Shown: piece after piece, positions 1 to 11,379 of the stretch | Layout of the letters: each line of letters starts with the position of its first letter | How positions within the stretch are numbered: the stretch's first letter is position 1 | Source of the DNA: Octopus sinensis | Lineage: Eukaryota | NCBI RefSeq assembly: GCF_006345805.1 | Contig: NW_021836490.1 | Coordinates: 1 to 29,076, forward strand | Reading direction: 5' to 3' | Length of the DNA stretch: 29,076 nucleotides | Notes under the pieces: generated by a model | Seen by the model: only the letters and a program-made list of their open reading frames with translations | Told to the model about the DNA's origin: nothing | Databases searched by the model: none | Program-made: the position numbers and the translations under genes

Positions 1-800
1 CACACTCGCACAGACACACACACACACGCACACAAGTACATACATACACACTGACACATGCACATACAAAACACACTTCGCTACTCGGACAATGTTCTCC
101 ACACCTAACACCTATCAAGCTCCCCAGCTAAATTCCCATCTCACTTGGAATCAAGACGAGTTTAGAGCTGAGACAGAAACGCGAAAAGAGGGCGATGACG
201 AGAGAGAGAGAGACAGAGAGAGACAGACAGACAGAGAGACAGAGACAGAGACAGAGAGACAGAAAAAGACAGAGAGAAAGACAGACAGAGATTATAAATA
301 CGCCCTTATAGGCAGCTCTGTTGTTGATAGTCAAGTTAGCATTCATGATGCTTATGTTGAGATTTAACACCAAGCTTGGTCGTTAAATCAACGTTTTGAG
401 GACGAGGGAGTCTTAAAAGTATTTCATTTACGCAACCATCCATTTACATATACACACACAGACACGTATACACACATACACACATGCACAATCATATTCA
501 TACGTACAGACATACATACATGCATACACACACATATATGTATGTCGCGGCAGCCATCTTTCTGAAGCCCAAACACATGTACACACATTGCACAGGCATA
601 CTCACTCATTCATACTTAGGCATACACACACATACAAACATACACACAAACACCTACACATACCCACACACAACACGTCTATACAGGCAAAACTATACAG
701 ATATGAACATATACATATGCGAGTGTGTATGCGTGTGTGTTTATGCGTGTATGTGAATGTAAACAGATACAAAGATATAAATATATATATATATATATAT
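1..800. repeat. Mixed (CA)n/(ACAT)n/(AG)n/(AGAC)n/(AT)n microsatellites with short unique spacers
   Basis: Directly visible di- and tetranucleotide runs at 1-76, 200-290 and 445-800. Confidence 0.9.
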
Positions 801-825
801 ACATACAAAAGCAAATGCATGATAG

Positions 826-1955
<1,130 letters not shown>

Positions 1956-2514
1956 GACAATCTAGAAATTTGTTTCATTCATTTATTTATTTCTCCGGGG
2001 GTGGAGCGATGAGTTTCCGCTTGTTCCTGACGAGAAAATATGAAACGAAGAAAACGAGAAAATATTCTAACTTAACTAGTTATCTCACCTTACTTCCTGA
2101 CAGTCACGTGATTTCACACGTCATCTAAATGCCATACGATATATTTTTTGTTCACTTTCCACTTAAAAGCAACGACCTTTACAATAGAAAGATTTAGTTC
2201 TTCTTATACAAACAAATGAGAGCCTCCAAGCGGTCTTTTCTTTTGTCCTACTAGAAATAGCAGCTTGCTCGCCCAAACCCCAACAATCACATTCTTCTCT
2301 CTTAGAAAAGAAGAGCACCAGTATTCCACCATAATTGTTGGTGAAGTAGTCACCTCTATTTCTGCCTTATTTGTTTACATGTTTAAAATTTAAGTGAAGG
2401 TCATGGGGTTTTTTGCCCATCAGCTTCAGGTAAATCCATAGAATTTCACTGCATTTATATCGCTAACGTTTGCTCTTCAGAAAAATATACAGGAAAAAAA
2501 TAGAAAAGCAACGA

Positions 2515-2520
2515 TAACAG

Positions 2521-2581
<61 letters not shown>

Positions 2582-2982
2582 CACCACCACTACTACTACT
2601 ACTATTCCAACAACAACTACTACTACTACAACTACTGCTGCTACTACTACTACTACTACTACTACTACAACTACTACTATTACTACTACTGCTGCTGCTA
2701 CTACTACTATTACTACTGTTCTTGTTGCTTCTGATATTACTATCACTACTACTACAACTTCTACTACTATAACTAACTACTGTTGTTGTTTCTATTACTA
2801 TTATAACTAATACTAATACTACTACTACAACTACTATTACTACCACTACTGCTGTTGCTGTTGCTTCTACTACTACTACTACTACTCCTACTACTACTAC
2901 GATTACTACCACTGCAGCTACTGCCACTACTACTACTACTACTACTACTACTCTACTACTACAACTATGATTACTACCACTG

Positions 2983-3016
<34 letters not shown>

Positions 3017-3035
3017 CACTGCTACTTCTACTACT
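2515..3035. repeat. Compound trinucleotide repeat (ACT/ACC/ATT/GCT)n
   Basis: Visible triplet runs with interspersed variants. Confidence 0.95.
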
Positions 3036-3249
3036 GGCTGGAATTAGGGCTGTTATGAATACATTTGAGAAACAATTATTGTCAAAACGGTTATGTCGGC
3101 CATATTGTCAAAGAGTGATTATTGTTGTCACGGGGGCCATGTTATTATGTTACAATATTGTCACAAGAGAAGAGTATCGTGTTACAAGGAAACAATTGGC
3201 TGAAAGTGTGTCCATGTTAGCAATTAGTCGCGTAATTAGACTGGCTATA

Positions 3250-3447
3250 AATAAAACAAAACAAAAAACAACCAACAAAAAAAACAACAACTATAAAACA
3301 ACAGCATTACCATCACCACCACCACCAACAACAACAACAACAGCAACATCACCTTAATCATCTTTAGCCGGTCTTTACCACTACCCCTATCGCCATTACA
3401 ATTAATAATACAACATCCACCAGAGACACTCGCAAGAGCATCATATT

Positions 3448-3507
<60 letters not shown>

Positions 3508-3585
3508 TATGTATGTATGTAGTGTGTATATATATATATGTATGTATATATATGCATATATATATATGTAATATATCTGTATATA

Positions 3586-3630
<45 letters not shown>

Positions 3631-3897
3631 TGATCATCGTTATCATCATCATCTTCATCATCATCATCATTACTATCATCATCATCATCATCACTACCAC
3701 TATCATCATCATCATCATCACCATCACCATCATCATCATCATCATCATCATCCGTGTCTATTATTAATACATGCGTATTAATCGTCTAAAATATCTCATG
3801 CATTTTTCTTTTGTCCAATTATTTATTCCATGTATTGCTGCTGCTGTCTCTGATGTTGCTGCTGCTGCTGCTGTTTCTCACTGCTGTTGTTGCTAAT

Positions 3898-3932
<35 letters not shown>
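3250..3932. repeat. (AAC/ACC)n, (AT)n, (ATC)n and (GCT/GTT)n microsatellites
   Basis: Visible runs at about 3250-3360, 3447-3630, 3633-3752 and 3835-3932. Confidence 0.93.
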
Positions 3933-3933
<1 letters not shown>

Positions 3934-4035
3934 ATCTCCGCATGTAATTTTCTTGTCCTCTAAATTAAGATCTATCGGTACACTCGGAAGAACTTAATTA
4001 CTTGAATGTGTGGACCGACCTCCAGCCTCTTAAAA

Positions 4036-4752
4036 ACCACCACCACCGCCACCGCCGCCACCACCACCACCACCACCACCACCACACCACCACCACCACT
4101 TATACCACATCTACCACCATCATCGCCACCGCCGCCGCCAACAGTATCAATATGATCAATGCTACAACCACCACCACCAGGTGGCGTTATCAGACAAACC
4201 AACAGTCAACAAAACGTGGTGCGCTCGCACACCCTCCACCCACACCGCCACACATCTCACGGTGTGCCGTGTGCCGAGTGCTGCCCCGTGCCGCGTGTCG
4301 CACTTGTCACGTCAAATGCGGAAGGAAGTAATATTGAACTCCATACGCAACAATTATGGCGACTATGAATACGACAATGACCACCACCCCCAACACCAAA
4401 ACAACCACTACCATCGCTGGCACCAATACAATGACCACAGTCACCACCACCACCACCACCACCATAATTACCACTACTACTACAATCACAACCACTACTA
4501 CTACCGCTACCACCATCATAACCACCACAACCACTACCATCGCCGCTACTACCATTACCACTGCAACCAGCACTACTACTACTACTACTACTACTACAAT
4601 CACCACCACCACAGCCATCATCACCACCACCACCACTACTACCATCGCCGCCATCATTACTACTACTACAGCCACCATCATCATCGCCACCACCACCACT
4701 ACCATCACCGCCTCCACCACTACCACCGCCAAAGTAATAACAACAACAACCG
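4036..4752. repeat. Compound (ACC/ACT/ATC)n triplet repeats flanking a unique CpG-rich island (4180-4360)
   Basis: Visible triplet runs at 4036-4180 and 4380-4752. Confidence 0.93.
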
Positions 4753-4969
4753 AACATACCTCAAATCACCCTCTACGGTCCCAAAAGGTGGAAGAAACCA
4801 TTGGAGTGTCATTGAGTTGTCTGTGCATAGGAAAAAGACAGGATGGTCACGGCTGGAATCTATTTGATCATTAGTCTGTTGTAACAGTTCCCAAATACAA
4901 CAACATCAACTGAAGAGGTAAGAGATATGGTCCTAGATTGATACAATATATTCTTTTACCCTTTTTCTA

Positions 4970-5105
4970 GTTCCAGTCATTTTACTGCTTCTTTGTAAAC
5001 CTAGTACTTATTCAATCGGTCTTTTTTGCCGAACCGCTAGATTTGGGGGACATAAGCACACCAGCAGCGGTTGTCAGTTGATGGCGGAGGGACAAACATA
5101 GGCAA
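4970..5105 (-). mobile_element. SINE family A (cephalopod tRNA-derived SINE), 3' half fragment
   Basis: Reverse complement matches the CTAGCGGTTCGGCAAAA..GACCGATTGAATAAGTACTAGG block also seen at 11518-11562 and 20544-20588. Confidence 0.75.
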
Positions 5106-5140
5106 ATAAAGTCGATTTTAAAATTAAAGGACAAATCTTT

Positions 5141-5142
<2 letters not shown>

Positions 5143-5231
<89 letters not shown>

Positions 5232-5232
5232 G
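5143..5232. repeat. Pure (AGAT)n microsatellite
   Basis: About 22 perfect AGAT units directly abutting the 3' end of the Penelope-like fragment. Confidence 0.98.
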
Positions 5233-6302
5233 TAAAGGTCGGTTTATGAGATTACACTGGGTTTAACGTCCATCCGCTTTTAGCTTTACAGCGTATCGTC
5301 AGATCCCAAACCTGTTGGCTTATGGCCTCTCAAGCAAGTGGCCTCTCTAGAAAGTGGCCTCTCAAGAGAGTGGAAGAAGAAAAGACTTCGTTACTCTGTC
5401 AACAACGGGAGATTGTCTCCCTTTGGCTGTCAATCGTAAATGACCCCGTTATCGTGTGGCTCCCAGTAGGTCAGCAGAAATTTCCTGAAGTGCAAGCACA
5501 GTCGAAGACCTCCGTTCTGGAATTAAGGATGTTCTTCGAGTCGAGGGAGTCATTTAGTATTCTCACTCGTTCCTCTATGCAAAGTTTACAATGCTTGGTC
5601 CCTTTTATATAAGGGCCTGGATTTTCTAGGATTCTCCATATTACGTGTGGAATTCCGTCGTCCTTCAGCTGCCATATATGGCTGGCTTAATGATGTATTT
5701 CCTTACCGGTATCCTGAAGGAGTATCTGTGGTTGGAGAGGCGTTGCTTGAATGTGTTACCAGAGCATCCGATGTATCTCTGTGTTGGCGATGTTGCATCC
5801 TATCTACACACGTTTATCCTACCTGCACATGTCCTACCTACACACGTTTTTATGTTAAGAGAAAAAAGGAGGTGCAAACCAAATGATATTTCTGCGACGC
5901 TTCCTTCCGAGGATGTTGGGACACATCTTGTAGGAGATGTGGCCCCTAAGTCCGTTAACAGCTAGTGCCTCATTATAGTAGGGGGCTGCTGCATTAAAAA
6001 CCTCTTGACTAGAGGAAAGGTTCGTGATCCTCTTGCTAACACCCTTCACCAGGTTTTTGAATACAATGGGTGGCTGACAGGAGGCAGTATTGATGTATGT
6101 TAATTTTTAGTTTACCTTGCGGTAGGTCCTGTATGTACCGGATCTCATGTTAAGCGTGACGTCTAAGAAGTCCGCTGTGGTAAGATTGGTCTCGATAGTA
6201 ATTTTCAGTCTCATTGAGCCAAAGGTACTAATTAGATCTTTCCTAAACCTGTCTAAGGTGTGCCCGATGACTCCTCTAGAGATGGCCAGGGCGTCATCTC
6301 TG
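5233..6302 (-). mobile_element. 5'-truncated, internally deleted Penelope-like element (Naiad-like): RT C-terminus plus GIY-YIG endonuclease, decayed
   Basis: Minus-strand translation gives RDDALA..LKITIETNLTTADFLDVTLNMRSGTYRTYRK, ITNLSSSQEVFNAAAPYYNEAL..RKRRRNIIWFAPPF, then RYIGCSGNTFKQRLSNHRYSFR..HIWQLKD..WRIL..HCKLCIEE..NILNSRTE, with frameshifts. Clade assignment is from motif recognition. Confidence 0.88.
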
Positions 6303-6447
6303 TTCAGTTTCCGTCTACCATATCCACTTACAAGGCTTTGGTGGGCCCTTGGACATAGTAGAAGACACTTGCCCAAGTAGCCACGCAGTGGGACTGAACC
6401 CTGAACCATGTAGCTGAGAATCAAGCTTCTTACCACACATCCACGCT
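6303..6447 (-). mobile_element. SINE family A, tRNA-derived 5' half
   Basis: Minus strand reads GGCGCAAGCGTGGATGTGTGGTAAG (A-box-like)..GGTTCAGTCCC (B-box-like)..GTGTCTTCTACTATG..CCAAAGCCTTGTAAGTGGATATGGTAGACGGAAACTGAA, matching copies at 10031, 12331 and 23340-23505. Confidence 0.88.
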
Positions 6448-7579
6448 TGCGCCTATACCTGAATAAAAGATAGGATGGTCACGGTTGGAACGCCTTTATT
6501 CAACAACAACAACAACAACAAATCTATTTATGTTCCTAGGGCTTTGGTCGGCCTAGGGCTATAGTAGAAGACACTTCCCCAAGTAGCCACGCAGTGGGAC
6601 TGAACCCTGACCATGTGCTGAGAATCAAGCTTCTTACCACGCAGCCACGCTTGCGCCTATACCTGAATAAAAGATAAGATGGTCACGGTTGGAACGCCTT
6701 TATCCAACAACAACAACAACAACAACAAATCTATTTATGTTCCTAGGGCTTTGGTCGGCCTAGGGCTATAGTAGAAGACACTTCCCCAAGTAGCCACGCA
6801 GTGGGACTGAACCCTGAACCATGTGGCTGAGAAGCAAGCTTCTTACCACACAGCCACGCTTGCGCCTATACCTGAATAAAAGATAAGATGGTCACGGTTG
6901 GAACGCCTTTATCCAACAACAACAACAACAACAACAAATCTATTTATGTTCCTAGGGCTTTGGTCGGCCTAGGGCTATAGTAGAAGACACTTCCCCAAGT
7001 AGCCACGCAGTGGGACTGAACCCTGAACCATGTAGCTGAGAATCAAGCTTCTTACCACGCAGCCACGCTTGCGCCTATACCTGAATAAAAGATAAGATGG
7101 TCACGGTTGGAACGCCTTTATCCAACAACAACAACAACAACAACAAATCTATTTATGTTCCTAGGGCTTTGGTCGGCCTAGGGCTATAGTAGAAGACACT
7201 TCCCCAAGTAGCCACGCAGTGGGACTGAACCCTGAACCATGTGGCTGAGAAGCAAGCTTCTTACCACACAGCCACGCTTGCGCCTATACCTGAATAAAAG
7301 ATAAGATGGTCACGGTTGGAACGCCTTTATCCACCAACACAACAACAACAACAACAATCTATTTATGTTCCTAGGGCTTTGGTCGGCCTAGGGCTATAGT
7401 AGAAGACACTTCCCAATAGCCACGCAGTGGGACTGAACCCTGAACCATGTGGCTGAGAAGCAAGCTTCTTACCACACAGCCACGCTTGCGCCTATACCTG
7501 AATAAAAGATAAGATGGTCACGGTTGGAACGCCTTTATCCAACAACAACAACAACAACAACAACATCTATTTATGTTCC
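6333..7579. repeat. Tandem array of six ~208-bp units (SINE head + second repeat fragment + (AAC)n)
   Basis: Units start at about 6333, 6537, 6744, 6953, 7162 and 7372; units 2-6 are nearly identical. Confidence 0.97.
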
Positions 7580-7979
7580 AATTTTTCCAAGAGTTGCAAG
7601 TTTTCTCAAGTTCTCGACTTCGCCGCCCGCACTTTCCCTTGCAGACATTAACCTATAAAAGTACAAATTAAAAGACACCGAAGATCTGCAAATACGAAGG
7701 GTCCTGCTACTTTTCATTGCCTCCTACTTTTGACCCCCTCTTCTTTTGTTATCAACCTCCCCCTTTTCCTCTATTCCCCTCTTCTTCTTCTGCCTCCTCC
7801 TCCTCCGCCTGCTCTATTGCTCTTGTACGTGGGATAAAGTGAAGACAGACATATTTAGACAACGAGACGTCATCCGTATAGAGGGCAGAAAGAAAAGCTC
7901 AGTCAGTGTTAATATATTTATAGAAGGGACATTGGATAGGCTATTACGAGACGTAATTAGATAGACAGACGGAAGAGCA

Positions 7980-7987
7980 TCATAATA

Positions 7988-8025
<38 letters not shown>

Positions 8026-8096
8026 GAAGAAGAAGAAGAAGAAGAAGAACAACAACAACAACAACAGTAACAACAACAACAACAAGAGCAAGAAGG

Positions 8097-8127
<31 letters not shown>

Positions 8128-8460
8128 AGGAAGAACACAGCAAACAACAACACAACAACAACAACAAAAACAACAACAGCAAAGACAGAACAACAACAAC
8201 AACAAGCAACACAACAAGACAGAAATAAGAGGGGAGGAGGAGAAGAAGAAGAAGAAGAAGAGAAGAAGAAGAAGAAAAAGAAGGAAGAGGAGGAGAGGAG
8301 AATAAGAAGAAGAAGAAGAAGAAGAAGAAGGGAAGAAGGAAGAGAAGAAAAATAAGAAGGAGAAAAGAAAAGAAGTAGGGATGAAGAGAGGAAAAGAAGA
8401 AGAGGGAAAAAAGAAGTAAGAAGATAGAAGAAGTAGAAGAAGAGGAGAAGAAGAAGAAAA
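7980..8460. repeat. (ATG)n-(AAG)n-(AAC)n-(AAG/AGG)n compound purine-rich repeat
   Basis: Visible triplet runs. Confidence 0.95.
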
Positions 8461-8462
8461 TA

Positions 8463-8735
8463 CATGACAACCTAGGGAGAATAATCGACCGAGAGTGATG
8501 CAAAAAGCTAGGATTTGAACATACTGTCAAATGGTATGAACATGAACTTATTCAAGGAACCAGAAAGTAAGAAATACAAGATGTGAGACTTTAATATTCA
8601 GACTGACTGACAGAGTAATAGACACTGGACGGCCTGATTTAGAAGTAGTTGACAAAGAGAATAGAAAATACCAGATAATTGACTTTACAGTCCTCTAATA
8701 TGAAAGGCATAGAAAAAATAGTAAAGTACCAAAGT
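8463..8735 (+). pseudogene. Decayed R4/Dong-type non-LTR retrotransposon fragment (restriction-like endonuclease region)
   Basis: Translates to HDNLGRIIDRE*CKKLGFEHTVKWYEHE..DFNIQTD..RVIDTGRPDLEVVDKENRKYQIIDFTV, the RHD..WYEH..WDF.IQTD..RPD..D signature of RLE LINEs; contains stops and frameshifts. Confidence 0.82.
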
Positions 8736-8769
8736 AAAAAAATAAATAAAAAACAGAAAAAATAAAGCA

Positions 8770-8890
8770 GAATCCTTGTCCGGTACCAGATCGATCTCAA
8801 AATTTAATCAATTCGTGCCAGTCACGAGGCCAAACATCCCTGAAAGTTTCATCTGAATCCATCCAGGGGTTCTTGAGATATCTACTGGAC
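8770..8890 (+). mobile_element. Short interspersed repeat resembling non-autonomous Helitron/Helentron-type elements
   Basis: CAAAATTTAATCAATTCGTGCCAGTCACGAGGCCAAACATCCCTGAAAGTTTCATCTGAATCCATCCAG..TTCTTGAGATATC resembles a widespread invertebrate repeat I recall; single copy here, classification unverified. Confidence 0.3.
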
Positions 8891-8900
8891 GAGTAGAAAA

Positions 8901-9135
8901 TATATGGAGAGAATACCAGCTTGAAATCAATACGATGAAGACAGAAGCCATTGTAGTGACAGAAACGTCACAGCAACTCAGCATCCGATGCCAAAAGGAG
9001 TCACTTCAGAACAGGTCACCAAGTTCAAATATCTCAGTATTATCGCAGAACAATCAGGAGATGGACGCCAAGAAATAAGGGGACGATTCGGCACACCAAG
9101 ATCAACCTTAAAATCACTCAGTGTAGTCCAAGAAA
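8901..9135 (+). pseudogene. RTE-like LINE reverse transcriptase C-terminal fragment
   Basis: EYQLEINTMKTEAIVV..(frameshift)..EQVTKFKYLSII..GDGRQEIRGRFG matches the GLxINxxKTxxMV..EQVxxFKYLG..EIxxRI pattern. Confidence 0.7.
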
Positions 9136-9353
9136 GAGAGGAGCTCTTAATATGAACATCAAAGGCACCGATTTGACTCTTTTGTACAGTAGGGAACGAG
9201 AGAAAAGGAGCCTGGAAAAGAGTGGAGTCAGTTTTGAAAATAAGACCGTTAAATTCTATAATTGGTTAAAGGCTAGAAGAATATTCAATTAGTTCTGGCT
9301 TTGGATTTTAAAAGAATGAGGTCCTGATTGGTAGCTGAGTTAGAGAACTTATA

Positions 9354-9594
9354 CAGGGTGTTCAAAAAGTCCCTCCGCAGTGAATTTTTCTCATCCCAAC
9401 TCTTCAAGACGTATTTCAAACCAGGTGTAGAAGAGTCAACTTATGTATTGAAAATGAAGGACGACACCTTCAACACCTCTTATAAAGTTTTTTAAAGTCT
9501 TGTAAATTCTAATATATTCTTTTGTAGTCTTATATCATCTTATAAATATTTATTTTGCAATAAATTACTGCGGAGAGACTTTTTGAACACCCTC
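9354..9594. mobile_element. Tc1/mariner-type MITE (241 bp)
   Basis: 28-bp TIRs CAGGGTGTTCAAAAAGTCCCTCCGCAGT / ACTGCGGAGAGACTTTTTGAACACCCTC with two mismatches; TA on both sides (9352-9353, 9595-9596). Confidence 0.9.
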
Positions 9595-9611
9595 TATATC
9601 ATAGTTTAAAC

Positions 9612-9956
9612 CAGGGATTCTAAAGCATTTCCCATATATGGACCTCTTTGATTGCTATTTTTTTCAGATAGACCCCATAGTCATTCGATTTTAAATAGTA
9701 CTTTTATAGAAACGTCTTTAAAACCTCCTATTTTGTTTTTCACACATTAACTCGTCTAGGTTGTACCATGTAAAATATTAGAGAAAGAAACTAGCTGTTT
9801 CTTGCAAGACATACCAATAGAGATGTCTAAAAGAACATCTTTTCAGGGCCCCTTAAAATACTATTATGAACCCCCAATTAACTATTTTGTTACGTGGACC
9901 CCCAAAGTCTTATATTAATCCCCAGGGACTTTATGGACTCCAGTTGAGAACCAATG
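9612..9956. mobile_element. hAT (Charlie-like) MITE, old
   Basis: Perfect 8-bp direct repeat GTTTAAAC at 9604-9611 and 9957-9964; degenerate TIRs CAGGGATTCTAAA / TTGAGAACCAATG. Confidence 0.72.
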
Positions 9957-10030
9957 GTTTAAACAGTCAAGAATTTCTAAGGCAGCCACTAGCTTTTCTT
10001 AAAGGATGTCTCTAGAAATCGCTTCAAACT

Positions 10031-10250
10031 CGTAGGAGTGGCTATGTGGTATGTAGCTAGCTTACGAACCACATGGTTCCGGGTTCATACCCACTGCGTG
10101 GCACCTTGGGCCTTCTACTATAGCCTCGGGACGACCAAAGCCTTGTGAGTGGATTTGGTAAACGGAAACTGAAAGAAGCCCGTCGTATATATGTATATAT
10201 ATATATGCCCCAGCATGGCCACAGCTCATGAGCTGAAACTAGATAAAATA
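10031..10250 (+). mobile_element. SINE family A, internally shortened copy
   Basis: TGGCTATGTGG A-box-like, GGTTCATACCC B-box-like, body ..GGAAACTGAAAGAAGCCCGTCG, (TA)n spacer, tail CCAGCATGGCCACAG..CTGAAAC. Confidence 0.87.
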
Positions 10251-10291
10251 TAAAAAATTAAAAAATATAATATACATAAAACATAATATAT

Positions 10292-10544
10292 ATAGTTATC
10301 GCCATACTAATATGGCAGTCTTATAAATATAAGACTAAGCTGTCGCTGATTAGCTCCATGAGGCCACCGTCTCAAGCTAGCTATTTGACACACAAACTGC
10401 GTCCATTATAAACCTTCGGAGGTTTATAATGGACGCAGTTTGTGTGTCAAATAGCTAGCTTGAGGCGGTGGCCTCATGGAGCTAATCAGCGACAGCTTTA
10501 GTCTTATATTTATAAGACTGCCATATTAGTATGGCGATAACTAT
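10292..10544. repeat. 253-bp near-perfect palindrome (foldback/MITE-like)
   Basis: Arms of about 124 bp differ by one substitution and one 1-nt indel; 4-nt centre TCGG at 10416-10419. Confidence 0.95.
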
Positions 10545-10607
10545 CAATTTCCAGTAACGCTGCCGTAATCTCCTTTAGAGAGACTTAGTAATTTTAATAT
10601 TTCTATA

Positions 10608-10609
<2 letters not shown>

Positions 10610-10682
<73 letters not shown>

Positions 10683-10691
10683 AATATATAT

Positions 10692-10773
<82 letters not shown>

Positions 10774-10778
10774 ATAAT
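10610..10778. repeat. (AT)n microsatellite
   Basis: Visible AT run with TT/AA interruptions. Confidence 0.97.
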
Positions 10779-11317
10779 GCCCTCTATATAATATAAATTA
10801 ATATGTTCAAAAGAGAAAAAATTATTTTCGAATTTTTCTCTTATGAGGTTTTTCACGCTAACTACCTGATAATTTCTTGTTAAGATTCCTTATTAAGAAG
10901 TTATCCTTAATTTATATCCGAAATGCAGTTCGAATAAGCCCGCCATTTACCGAATATATGATCTATAAACATCTCCATGTGCTTCGACGGAGAGAGCAGT
11001 TGCCCGTTCGACTTCGCCAGTTAGTGTTGGTCGTTTATGCGGTAAGTGCGAAATCACAGGTGACATAAGACTAAATTCATTTTTTAAATGTCTTGCTTTG
11101 AAAAACTGCATTGGGTATGATTAGTAAAATTTTGGTAGTCATGACTTATGTCCCTCTTAGTGTGAGGCATTTATGTGTAATAATGCTCTCTATATAATAT
11201 AAATTAATATGTTCAAAAGGAAAAAATTATTTTCGAATTTTTCTCTTATGAGGTTTTTCACGCTAACTACCTGATAATTTCTTGTTAAGATTCCTTATTA
11301 AGAAGTTATCCTTAATT
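10775..11317. repeat. ~138-bp direct repeats (10775-10912, 11181-11317) bracketing a 268-bp spacer, embedded in (AT)n
   Basis: The two copies differ by one substitution and one single-base indel. Confidence 0.92.
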
Positions 11318-11321
11318 GTTA

Positions 11322-11379
<58 letters not shown>

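Noticed and set aside
2014-2050. CTGACGAG..GAAAC hammerhead-like words
   Set aside because: No stem II pairing (GAAAATAT), no NUH triplet, no stem I.
6380-6447. tRNA genes suggested by A/B boxes here and in other SINE heads
   Set aside because: No complete cloverleaf or acceptor stem; each continues into a SINE body.
6333-7579. Regular repeat array as a possible CRISPR
   Set aside because: Units are ~208 bp, fully repeated with no unique spacers, SINE-derived, and in eukaryotic context.
10950-11020. Minus-strand GAAGC-ACAT-GGA and CTGGCGA as a hammerhead in the direct-repeat unit
   Set aside because: Several core positions are wrong and the stems are not contiguous; at best a heavily decayed remnant.
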